Part shown: piece by piece, positions 1-12,142 of the stretch
Position numbering within the stretch: the stretch's first letter is position 1
How the letters are laid out: the number at the start of each line of letters is the position of its first letter
Source of the DNA: Octopus vulgaris
Taxonomy: Eukaryota
Reading direction: 5' to 3'
Length of the DNA stretch: 64,000 nucleotides
NCBI GenBank assembly: GCA_951406725.2
Contig: OX597816.1
Location: forward strand, 144,894,001 to 144,958,000
Translations under genes and position numbers: made by a program
The notes under the pieces: generated by a model
Told to the model about the DNA's origin: nothing
The model's input: only the letters and a program-made list of their open reading frames with translations
Databases searched by the model: none

Positions 1-202
1 GCCCAAGATTACAGTATAGTCCATGTCACTGGCCCAAGGTGCCGTACGGTGAGACTAAACCCGAAACCACGTAGTTGTACAGCAAGCTTCTTAACAATTC
101 ATCCAAATTTAGTCCAAATTAAATTACCTTAAATTTAGAAATATAGATAAAAACAGTATGGAGTGAATTTAAAGAGGTGAGTGTGAGAAATATTTATTTA
201 TT

Positions 203-332
203 ACATTATTTACAATTGACGGATATTCGTTTCGGCTGATATACCCTCCAGCCTTCATCGGGTGTCTTGGGGAAAATTCGAACCTGGGTTCTCATTTCTA
301 AGGTATTTTCAAAGTTGTTGTTGTTGTTGTTG

Positions 333-364
<32 letters not shown>

Positions 365-1191
365 CAGGTCACCTCTTGGAATTTTGGGGTTAGTAGCCCG
401 CGCTCTTAACCATTACGCTATATGCCCGTGGGCAATAATGGAGTGAATTTTAGGGCTTATCTGCACACGGTTTGCTTAAGACGTTGTTGTGTCCTAGAAT
501 ATGTGCTGCTTCTTTTAGTTTTCGTAATTTCCAGTGGTGTTCTCTGTTTATTATTTTAACTTCATCCTACAGGAGGAGGTGGTCTCCATTTTTCCATACA
601 TGACCAGCTATACTCAATTTATGAATATCTCCCCGTGTCACAGCTTTGCGATGTTCTTCTACCCTTATTTTGAGGGGACGGCATGTTTCGCCTTTGTATA
701 ACCTACCACAGCTGCATGGGATGGTGTACACTCAGTTCTTGGTCATATTCTCTTCTATTAATGGTTTTAAAATAATAGACAGAGAACACCAATTGGAAAA
801 TACGAAAAACTAAAAGAAGCAGCACATATGTTAGGACACAACAACGTCCTAAGCAGTCCGAGTGCAGTTATGAACAGCATATGGGAACCGATATTAAGGA
901 AGGATAGGAGAATATTAGATTTATAAGCCCTAAAATTCACTTCATTATTGCCCACGGGCATATGGCGTAATGGTTAAGAGCGCGGGCTACTGATCCCAAG
1001 ATTATTAATAATAATAACCACGAAAAATACCCTAGGAATGAGAACCCAGGTTCGAAATTTCCCCAAGACACCTGATGAAGGCTGGACGGTATATCAGCCG
1101 AAACGTTGTGTTAACAACAAACAAAATGAGGACAAATATCTGTCAATTGTAAATAATATACATAATTCCTCATTTCTTAAATATAGAACTG
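203..1191. mobile_element. Penelope-like element (PLE): two 5'-truncated copies in inverted, head-to-head arrangement
   Basis: Minus 731->461 reads VYTIPCSCGRLYKGETCRPLKIRVEEH...REHHWKLRKLKEAAHILG (GIY-YIG domain, one stop). Plus ~770-925 reads IIDRE/WKIRKLKEAAHMLG...WEPILRKDRRILDL* (one frameshift). Both are followed by the same terminal repeat (203-460 inverted vs 922-1160). Possible low-complexity TSD tatttatttatt at 191-202 and 1195-1206. Confidence 0.85.
1067..1112 (+). ncRNA. Minimal type I hammerhead ribozyme motif in the PLE terminal repeat
   Basis: GACAC-CTGATGA-A-GGCTGG(loop)TCAGCC-GAAA-CGTT-GTGTT: core boxes, stems I and II, and a loopless palindromic stem III (AACGTT), as known for PLE minimal hammerheads. 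Confidence 0.7.
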
Positions 1192-1261
1192 TATTATTTA
1201 TTTATTAGTTCACCAAACTGAAATTGTTTCAATATATATATATATATATATATATTCAAAT

Positions 1262-1297
<36 letters not shown>

Positions 1298-3749
1298 CGG
1301 GGAAATTCTCTTACACATTTTTTATCAGTGATATTCTGCTTCATCAAGATTAACGCAACACTTAACGTAAAATAGCATCATTTTATCACCGGACTAGGCA
1401 TGAAATCCGACCAACGGTTGAACTCTGCTCATAGCCAGCAACAACAAACAATTTTGTATTTCTAGTTCTTGATTCAGAATAACATTTATTTCGTTTTAGC
1501 TGTTAATATAATATTGCTATACTTTGGCTTCGACACATCGGTTTCTTTTCCTTTTTTGCTCCCCGATAACAAAGTAACATCGTTTCTTTCCTTTGTTTTT
1601 TCTCTGGGCATTGAGGTAATTAGTGATAAGTATAAACCAGAGTGTAAGAATTAAAATTTTCCTAAAATCAAGTGAACCATATGTTTTGTACATAAATGTT
1701 GTTACAAACATATTTATCATTAGAATAGCTTCATAGATGATTATATGTATACCATAAGTGAATTTAACTAAAAGTTATGCTCTTCGAAATTGTTTCAGAT
1801 CGGCATAAAATATTGTATTACAAGATGAAAATGGAATGAGGAAAATATGCTTTGATACACGTTTAAATATTGGTGTCAATTTTAAATAGCTACAGCTCGG
1901 AATAGAAATTGAGCGAAGCTTTTCCCGTAAATCTAGCCTCTTGTTCCATGCCTCAGTTTGAAGCAGAAAGGAAGAAGGAAAAATGCAAGTTAGAAGAAAA
2001 ATTTAAGTTAAAGAAATAGTATTTGAACACGGATAAACAGGAATTTGTAAAAAATTTATGATGATGATGAAGAACGACAGAACGATGTTAACTGTTTCTT
2101 AAGCTGACACGAAGCCACAAATGTTGCAAAGCATGAGTGTGCTATATAATTGATCGTATTCCATGATTAGTACTGTATTATTATCAACAAAAGAAAATAG
2201 GAACAATATGTGGGAAATCTGAAGTGACTTCCAGTCGTTGTTAACATTTCCTATCGATCTAAATTGATTATATCCCCTAGAAACCAAGCCTAATATTTCT
2301 TAGTAGGATATTTTATTGGTAGTCTATCGAGTTATTCAGTGATGAATACAATTCGTGAATTTAGCGAAAAAGATCTAGAGGATACTCCGGTAGCGAATAA
2401 AGATCGTCTGAGCAATCGTTTCTGAAGCACTTTTAACTAGAAGATTACGTAGAACTTTCAAAAATTGTTGGTTGACAAGTGCTAACGGTGTGTTAGATTA
2501 GCAATTTGAGATGAACTTTACAGACACAGCAATGCTGTATGTCAGCTGGTTCTGTCCGAGATACGCGGAGTTGCATGTTGAAACTGGCTTTAAATGTGTG
2601 TTGGACGGACAGAGCTATCAATTTTGTCTATTATAATCGCCCTCACCGTCAACCTTTGAAAGAGAAGACCGTTATTTTGTCAGATGTTTATATCAGTGTG
2701 TTCGACAAGATTCAGGGGATTGAGGACATGGCATTTTCCATCAGTAAATCTTCCCTCAACTTCAACAAATATCTCTCTCTAAAAGAAAAAAAAAGAAAAA
2801 CGGGAGCATAGTGCAGATTAATGCTTACCAGTAAATTTGCTGAAAGTTTGTTTGTTTCTGAATTGTTTGTATGATTTGATTTAATAGTCAACTCTGAGAA
2901 TACGTTTCGAGACCGGAGACTGTAACTCAACTGGGAGTGGGCTCATACGTTTAGCGCTTACTTTTTCTGATCACTCTAACAAAAGTATTAAATCCTATAT
3001 ATGATATTAGGCTTCTTAAACTTTTTTTAAAAAGGTACTAATGTGAGTCACATGAACAAATTATATTTAGCCTATATCAATATAATACTCAAATAGGATT
3101 GATGTGCTGAACATAGTTCGTGCTCAGGCTGCATATTTGCTTGCTCCCACTCAGATGTAACGAATTGGAGTCCACTACATGGTGACCCATTAGCATTGTA
3201 TCAGTGTACCGTAGTGAAGTTAGTTCGATTAGCTACCTCTGTCTGAAGATCTCCATCAAATATTAACTTTTAAATAAGAGGGTCCAAAATATCTGAAACA
3301 AGAACACAATTCTTGAGAGGAACTTTTGGACATCTTTCGCCTTTATTAAAAGTTTTATTCAAAGGCATCGGCCAAACCAAGTCTATGGTAGAAAATACTT
3401 GTTCAAAGTGCTGCTCAGTGAAGCTAAGCACAGAAACTCATGTTTGTGAACTGAACTGTTTCACTACACATGCTTTGAACCCAATATAAAACATTTATAT
3501 AAATGTTTTATATTGGGCTTAAACTTTCAGTTATCTGACTTGGTATAAATAACTTATCTGTCGTGGTAGCAACAATATGCAGTGTGTTAACGATAAAAAT
3601 ATTAAAAATTTTTTAATTTCAACAGAATTTGTATTCTTTTCATCGACATCAACTCAAACAAATATTCACACTGTAGACACACGTACAAATATAAGCTTAT
3701 CGTTTACAAATAATTAGGAAAGACTAGCACAAGACCACAAAATATCTGA

Positions 3750-4226
3750 ACCATTTCGTTGCACAATACGTCTCCATCTTTCCTTTACCTTGAAAATACC
3801 CTCTTCCTAGAATTGGGGTGGTTTCAAGGCAAAGAATTCGTCAAGGTATCATTTTACGTCATCTAATGAATTGAAATTTTTACCATTAAGACTTTTCTGC
3901 AGAGACCTGAATAAGTGGAAAACCGAAGGAGCAATATCTGGGGAATAGGGAGGGTGGGGTAACACATCCCAGCCGTGTTGCAGCAATTTTTGTCTGGTTC
4001 CCAAAGCATCAAGTGCCGAAAATGAACTTTCTCATCTTTTATTTTAAAGGGTTACAGAATTAACACAGGTTATAGGAACGTAAACCTTCTTCCACGAAAA
4101 GATAGCTTAAACTGTGCTCTAAATGGAGGTGTAGTCAAATCCTATTTTATGGACTCAAACATGTTCTAAAATAAGTCGAAGGATAAGCTACTATAAATCG
4201 GCACGAACTTTCCGGACAACTCAATA
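3750..4226 (-). mobile_element. Mariner remnant (internally deleted)
   Basis: Minus strand HPPYSPDIAPSVFHLFRSLQ motif at ~3890-3960; mariner-like terminal inverted repeat (TIR) at 4197-4226. Confidence 0.8.
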
Positions 4227-4448
4227 TTTCTATATTTTTATCATGAAACTCTTAACATGAATATGTGTATATTCGTATGGAATAATACCTCGTGTGCTAC
4301 ATCTGAATTTTCTTGTCTGAATGTTTTAAGACAAATATCCGAAATTTTTATCGTATACCACATTTTATTAATACTTAGCTCATATACGGAGACAAAAATG
4401 TTGTACTATATATTGCATGTTATCTCCATTAAATTTCTCGTATTATAT

Positions 4449-4641
4449 ATGCTTAGCGGTATTTCGTCTGCCGCTACGTTCTGAGTTCAAATTCCGCCGA
4501 GGTCGACTTTGCCTTTCATTCTTTCGGGGGTCGATAAATTAAGTACCAGTTACGCACTGGGGTCGATGTAATCGACTTAATCCGTTTGTCTGTCCTTGTT
4601 TGTCCCCTCTATGTTTAGCCCCTTGTGGGCAGTGAAGAAAT
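4449..4641 (+). mobile_element. SINE family B fragment
   Basis: ttctgagttcaaattccgccgaggtcgactttgcctttcat...aagtaccagtt core, repeated many times in the window. Confidence 0.8.
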
Positions 4642-4828
4642 ATATATTAATTTAGCATTAGAATTCTTCAAGTTGTATAAAAATTGTTTGCATCATTCGA
4701 AAGTGAAATAAATTTTGAATAAGGTGTAAAAGATATAAATAATTTGTATGGTGTTAGTAACAAAATATTTTGTAAGAAATAGAACTTTTATCGTCGGTCT
4801 TAAATATATTTTCGCCGGTGTATATATC

Positions 4829-7588
4829 TCAGGTCATTCCATAAGTTCTGTCCGAATTTTGGATAAAGAATCCAAGTGATCAAATGTTATATTTTATTGA
4901 AAGTTAATCATCAATGTACTTTCCCTGATTATCTATGACTTTCTTCCATCTATTTACAACCTTTTAAATCCCATCAATGTAAAACTCTTTTGGTTTCAAA
5001 GCAAGAAACTCTGAAATGTCAGGTTCGACCTCCTCCTGGCTTGCGAAAGTTGTGTCCCCCTTATAATTCTGTAAACTATGAAACAAATGGTATCCTGAAG
5101 GAGTAAAGTCGGGAGAATAAGTTGGATGAAGAAATTTTTCCAAACCGACCTCTTCGATCTTCTGTGATGTGATCTTTGCAGTGTGGGGTTGCGCATTGTC
5201 CTGATGAAACATCACTCGTTTTCGACTCACTAAAGCGACTCTTTTTTCCTTCAAAGCTTGGTTCAAATGCTCTAATTGCTGACAGTAGACTTGAGCATTG
5301 ATTGTTGCATTAGGTGGTAACAATATAAAGTGAATTACGCCTTTGCAATCGCACCAGATAGAGTAGAACCTTTTTCCATGAAGTTCCCTTCTCGATTGTG
5401 GTTGAGCATTTTCCCTTTTACCAAGCCACTGTTTACGACGTTTAACATTTCGATAGAAAACCCAGTTTTCGTCACAAGTCTATCGAAAAAGGGTGAAATG
5501 AGTTTGCGAGAATGGAGAGAAGAGTAGATGTCAACTCGGGATTTGCGGTTGCTTTCGGACAATACATGAGGCACATATTTTCCAAGTTTAGGAATCTTTC
5601 CACGTTGTTGAAGATGACGATGTATGGTTTGAAGTAGGATTTATTGCCAATTCTTTAACAGATAATGACGGATTTTCTTCAAGTAATGCCTCAAGGAGCT
5701 TATCATCAAACTCAACTGAACATCCTATTCGATCTTCATCTTCAATTTTGCAAACGATCTCCTGCAAGTTCTTTCATTCAAGCACTTTCCCATAAACTGA
5801 GTGTATGCTTCGAGTCACTTAGGCTTCAGAGTTACCTTTATTGTACTCATAAAGAAATATATGTGCCTTAAATGCTCCTTGGATACTTCCATGTTGAAAG
5901 GGTTTTAATCAAAGCAACTTTAGGGTGTCCACGAAGTCTGGGTACATGGAATAAAATCATAACATAAACAAATATAAGAAATAATAATTTTCCTTTTTTA
6001 CTTTTGTTTAAATTAAATTTAAAAAATACTTTACTTTTTTGTTATTTTTTCTATAGATGATCGAATGATGGCTCTGTCTGAAGAAGAGAGAATCCCAGAT
6101 CGAATGATGGCTCTGTCTAAAGAAGAAAGAATCGAATTAGTATTATTAAGTGGACGAGAGGGATGGTCTTATCGCAAAATTGCGGAAGAATTTAATCTTC
6201 GACACCCTTATAGGTAAAAAAATACTTTACTTTTCTAAATCTATTTGTTATTTTTTCTATAGATGATCGAATGATGGCTCTGTCTGAAGAAGAGAGAATC
6301 CCAGATCGAATGAAGGCTCTGTCTAAAGAAGAAAGAATCGAGTTAGTATTATTAAGTGGACGAGAGGGATGGTCTTATCGCAAAATGCGGAAGAATTTAA
6401 TTTTCGACACCCTTATAGGTAATCTATTTTTTTTACTGCCGTCGGGAAATTGATCAAGAAAGTTAAAGAAACAGGCAGTGTTTTGGATAAACCCTGTTCC
6501 GGGCGACCAAAGACTTCAGATGAATCGAAAGAGGCTGTCATGGCTAAAGTTTCTGCTAGCCCAAAGAAATCCCTTCGTCGGACATCCACGGTGTTAGGTG
6601 TTCTAAAACCAACCATCCACAAAATGCTGGTTGAGGAAAAGTTTCATCGATACAACCTACAGATATTGCATCACTTAAATGAAGACGACCCTGATAGACG
6701 AATGTAGACGTGCGAATGGTTTTCAGATAAATTGGATAAAAATATCAATTTTACGAAAAACTTTGTTGTTCAGTGACAAAGTTACGTTTTATGTAAATGG
6801 TGAGGTCAACAGACAGAATCTTCTATACTGGTCTCGAGGTAATCCACATTGGATAGATCCATCCAAACAGCAAGGCAGCAAAAAGGTGATGGTGTGATTT
6901 GTGGAAAGCTCATGTCCTAGGACCCTTCTTCATTGAACATGTAACGGATGAGACTTATGTAAACATATTGAGAGACAAATTAATATCTCAAATTGAGCAC
7001 CTAGGCGAGGGCCTTCCGAATTGGTTTCAGCAGGATGGGGCCCCCTACCCATTTTGCCACAACTGTTAGAGATTAGCTTAATGACACTTTTCCTCACTGG
7101 ATTGGAAGAAGGGCTCATATGGAAAGTTTCCCTCGTTCACCAGACCTTTCTCCCCTTGATTCCTTTTTCTGGGGTATGTTGAAAGAGAAAGATTACAATA
7201 AAGATTACAGATTTAAAACACATGAGAGAACGCATTATCAGTCAGTGTGCTGAAATTGATGGGAATGTAGACTTATTTAATCAAGCTCACCTGAATTTTG
7301 CAAGTTGTATCAAGTTATGCATTGAAAAATGATGGAAATCACTCTGAAAATATTATTTATTAACATTATAATTAAATTGGTTTGTGTTAAAAGTATGTGT
7401 TAATCCCCATGTACGCAGACTTTGTGGTCACCCTCTATTATTTTGTAAAACAATATTCAATTAGTTTAAACGTACACAAATGCATAAAAATAATTTTTAA
7501 TTGAATTAGACATTTGAAAATACATTTAAATTTCATTCAAATCTAAAAAAAAAAGGTAAAATTGGACAGAACTGATTGGATGAATTGA
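4829..7588 (-). mobile_element. Mariner (DD34D-type) pseudogenised element, split by a nested insertion at 5923-7435
   Basis: ORFs 4964-5323 (FHQDNAQPH, HPTYSPDFTPSGYHLF) and 5335-5574 (PHVLSE); TIR at 4829-4859 matches 7560-7588. Confidence 0.85.
5923..7435 (+). mobile_element. Tc1/mariner-superfamily element (DD40/41D, rosa-like), decayed
   Basis: TIRs gggtgtccacgaagtctgggtacatgg / ccatgtacgcagactttgtggtcaccc with TA flanks. Motifs ETGSVLDKPCSGRP, FSD, FQQDGA and PRSPDLSPLD; 40 residues between the last two Asp after correcting one frameshift. Internal ~200-bp tandem duplication at 6020-6420. Confidence 0.85.
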
Positions 7589-8527
7589 TATACATAATCT
7601 GATATTCTAGTAGGTTTCAAGTTTATAACACCTTGATATCTCATGTTATCTCATTTTATATGCCTAAGACGTATATTTTTCTATTCTGGTTTTCATATAT
7701 TTCTATACATTATATTTGTATCTATAATTTATTTTAAGCCGAAACATATTACGATCCTTGTACAAACGAAACAACAAGAATGTCCTCTGGAACTTTTATC
7801 TTCCACCGGTGTTTGTAATCGATGGTGACATGTGCGATGATTTTGCGACTATATTATATTTTACAGAGAAATTGGAAGCCCCGAATGTAAGCCACCACTT
7901 TATGCATAATACAATATTTATAGTTCTCTATTTCTAACTCAAATTCTGTCCTCAATAATTATAGATCTCTATTTCTAAATGTAATTCTTTTTCTTCTTGT
8001 TCAGTTTATAACTATAACACGTATTCTTGTCTGTCTCTTGACAAAGCCTTTTTTCTCAAGCGTTCACCACTTCACCTCGTTAGGGTTAACTAGCCCTCAC
8101 CGAATGTTTTAACTGTCCTGTTTTGTTAGCAGCTTTGACGTTCCACGGATCTCAAATTTTATTTAATTTGCTTTGGGGAAGCAATTGCTTTGACGAAGAC
8201 GCATCTTGTTCCACTGCTCGCAATGCGGAGTAGGTAACAATTGCCAACAATTGAGGAAGGGTTGTTTTTTATGCTGCCTTCGCGCTATAGTTTTCAATAC
8301 CCAACCCAACCCAACCCAACTCGACCCCTGGTCGCCATAGCGTCGACTGTGGGCTGCTAGCTGTGTACAGTCGCCCCAATGGCGCCCACAGCTTTGCCCA
8401 TGACACTTCCTGGACCCTAAGTAAGGCATGTGTAAAATTTGAATGAAATTGGTTGTGTAGTTCTCAAGTTTTAGGGATTCACACAGAGAGACAGACACAC
8501 ATTCTCAGTTTCATATATTTCGATATA

Positions 8528-9533
8528 CTAGCATTATGACCCTGTCGTTGCTGGGTCATAGTGCTAGTGCATGTATATATGTGTATATATATGTGTACAT
8601 ATTACATGTACATCTATATATATACATCTACACATAAAATACAAATTACAAAGTTATATCTTGATATCGCTAGTGATAACAATACTCAAAATATATAACA
8701 GACTGGAATTGTAGGCCCGTCTCTTGCAATTTCGATCAATTGTATCTTGTCCTCCCTCTTGTATAGAAGTGTACGGCTGCAGCGAAATTCATTTTTGGAC
8801 TTTCTTTTATCGACGGCATTTTAACAAAAATGCTTCCGTAAAGACGGTAAAAATATTGTCAATTTCCCCAAACAGGGACACAATTCAATTTTTAAACAAT
8901 TTCTCTGAAAGGGGGAGGATTACGGTTTACAATTATTTAACAAATGCAACACAACAACGTTTCCCTGACGAGGAACCAACAAATGTGATTACAATAGTCA
9001 AACAGTATTAATAATAACAACAAACCTTTTTAATTTATCCCCATTTATGTGAAACCACTTATTCAAGTTCAAGTCATTGATGCAATTTTATACGAATTGC
9101 TAATACACACACAAACACACATAATAAGGGTGAAAAATTGAATATTAATTTGATTAATATGAATTGAAAACCAGTGGTGTAGCATATAAGAACATAGCGG
9201 ATCTTCTAGCAAAATGGATGACCACTGTTAATGGTTCATCCCTGTTATATAATACTTTCACTTTAATAGTTACAGTATTAAAGTGAATGTCTGCATTACA
9301 ATAGAGAGGTGTTTTTGTTTCACTTTTAACACATAATGCTGGAATAGTGGAGAAGATATGATATTGCTGTGGGGTCGCCATAGGGAAAAAGTTAAAATTT
9401 TTTTGCCGATGACACTCCCCGGACCTTAAGTAAGGCATGTGTAAAATTTGAATGAAATTGGTTGTGTAGTTCTCAAGTTTTAGGGAAACACTCAGACAGA
9501 CAGACACACATTCTCATTTTATATAGAGAGAGA
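8528..9533 (-). mobile_element. Non-autonomous Helitron
   Basis: On minus it begins TC(TCTCTATATAAAA) at 9533 and ends in a GACCC...GGGTC hairpin plus CTAG at 8528, with A|T flanks. The 5' end of a second copy (8400-8523) lies head-to-tail. Confidence 0.75.
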
Positions 9534-9629
9534 TTACAAGGCATGCATTTAACGGTGTCTTTACTTTACACTCCGATTCAACTGTAGCTACTTCAATTGA
9601 GACAGTCAATTACCCTCAATTCAATAATA

Positions 9630-10230
9630 ACCTGAAATGTACAAGTTCCTTCACGCACCGCACATCAAGAAAAAACGGCATACTTTAGAATCCTTGTATT
9701 TATGGAAAAGAAAATATGTGTGGTACCTACAGAAACACACCTGGTACCAGATATATTAAGTGAAGAGGTTTACATGTCGCGGTACGTATGACAAAAACTG
9801 ATTGCAAAATACGCAACCTTGAACACTTTTTATACATGAAAGTTCAGTAACAAATATCCTCATTTCTTACTTCATCACAGTGTGTGATACATGAGTAATT
9901 TGTCTGAAAGACCTCGATCTACTCATAGATATTACCTACTGGCCATCTGATGCAGTTGATTATGTAGAATACTCCAGTAATAGTTTATCACGCATAAGTC
10001 AAACTATTAATTATGTTGACCCACAGATTAATATAATTTTAATGAGATGCATCAATTCAGGTCATATGCTGTTAAACTGGAACAATATGGAAGCTTTTCT
10101 CAATGCCACGAAAACTCTTCTTAAGCAAAATATCATTTCCTGTTCGATTTGAAAGACGTTTTCGATCTGGTCTTCACTTCGAATATCTATGATATTCAGG
10201 TCCCCCAAAAAGCTGTTTCTGGCCAAAACA
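9630..10230 (+). pseudogene. Highly decayed Pif1-like (Helitron) helicase fragment
   Basis: Scattered similarity to Helitron helicase motifs (ESLYLWK; FDLVFTSNIYDIQ resembling PVRLAFAMTINKSQ); many frameshifts. Confidence 0.35.
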
Positions 10231-10633
10231 TGAAACAACTATCTTTATTGGTTCAAAACAAGCACAACACTAAAATAACAAAATTAAAGTTTGACGCATC
10301 AGTTTTGGATTTGACTTTTAGGAAAAGTAACCGGAGAGAAATAGAAGTTGAGATCTTCGCTACACATTTTGTCATCCTTGAATGAAAATTCTCTACACAA
10401 AGATAGCCAAGATCGGTCAAAGACATGTTCAATTTATGCGTGCCTATTTACGCAAAATATCCATACACCGTAACGGACGTAAATAAATACGTAAAAGAAT
10501 CAAACATAGCTGATATCTCAAGGCCAAACCTTTTCTGTGGGAAGGATTGAGGGAAGGGCATTGAAATGGGAATTATTGAACTGGTCTTGAAACAAATGTA
10601 TGACAAAAAATATTGACAGAAGCAGTATCGACA

Positions 10634-12140
10634 CTGCTGTTTTCAATCTTTTTAATACCCAGGCAAGATCCAAAATCTGGATTTGGTGGGGGAGCACACC
10701 AAAAGAAACAAAATCAAGTAAATTAAAGATGCAGTACGCAAAAGCTGGTTGATATGATGGTCAACCAATTGGTTGCGATATTTTGCGTTGATGTTTACCA
10801 GTTTGCTGAAAAGTGTTACTCACACATGTTGAACCGAATGAAGAAGTATTTTTCTGTGCATTAGCAATCAAGTTAGGATATTTCCTCTCCGTTATTCAAC
10901 TTCAGAAGTCAAGTAGCTGACTAACCTTGAATGCGGATGTCAACTCCACATCTGACTGCAAGTCCAGGAACTCCATTTGAAATTCGTCTGGAGCGGTGGC
11001 GGCATCTATCTCCATACGCGCTGAAAATATTTTCAGCAAGTGTAAGGAATCCTTGGTGTCATCAAAAGGGCGTTCAAACTTGTCAGTTAAGTCACTAATA
11101 ATCCTATTGTACTTATTGCATAATCTGTGACCCTAGAGTTCAGAAAGTGAGAGGAGTGGGTCGCAGTGCCACGTTCAATTTGTGTCTTTCAAAGGTGAAG
11201 CTTTGCAAAGAAGGCAGACACTGTGCTGTACAATTTATAGCAGAGCTTGTCCCTACCTTGTAGGACGCGGATCAAAATCGAAAGGTGTGCATTGATATCA
11301 ACCAAGAAAGCCTAATCAACAATCCATTCTTTGGTGCTCGGTTCAGAACCAAAGAATGGATTTCTAGAAGTCTGTATAACCTAATGATACACGTGGTACA
11401 GCTTAATATCGTACAGCAGTGTACATGAGCACGTTTCCATAGTTAACATCAATATCCGCCAGAAGGTTCAGAGTTTTTGAACAAATCGAACTTACGCTGA
11501 TATTGCGGCCTCTGTGACATTGTCAATTTTCAGTGACTTAGGAATGTTATTTTCCTAGTGTACAATGCAGTGGTGCCATGTTATAGGAGTGTATCCTCTG
11601 CTCGACTCCAGGAAATAAGGTCCTTGAAGACCTTCGTTTCTGTCCAAGCATGGGAGGATCTCTGTCTGTGACAATTAAAAACAACTTTGACGGATACAGA
11701 TGTACTTGTTGAAGGCTTGCACGAAATTCACGAAATTCACCCAACACCAGAGCTGAAGACACCTCCGAAAGGGAGGGGGGCACCACGTCAAAACGGTAGA
11801 GGAGTAGGGGCCGAAACCGGACGTGGTTCCTCCTGATGATGCCTTGAGCTAACTGGATCCTATAAAGGAGCTGTTGTGGTAGCAGACCACGAAACACGGT
11901 TGAAATTCCTGACAGTTTCTTTCCTTTTTTTTTTTTGAGTCATGAATAGAAAGCAACGTAAGAAATTCTTCGTAAATCTGGAGATCTGGTACAACTCACC
12001 CAATGAACACTTAATTGCTCTGTATCGGTAATGTCTTTTGTGCCATCAAGAGCGACAGAGTAGTAAGCAAAATCCATTGACTTACTGAGAAGTTGGTCAT
12101 GTAGGTCACTAAATAAGCATTCAATCCGTCGAGTTAATAT
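10634..12140 (-). mobile_element. hAT (GTF2IRD2/SPIN-like) transposase remnant
   Basis: YSVALDGTKDITDTEQL (consensus ALDESTD..D.AQL) and KLFLIVTDRDPPMLG (consensus TTDGAP.M.G); stops and frameshifts. Confidence 0.75.
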
Positions 12141-12142
12141 AT

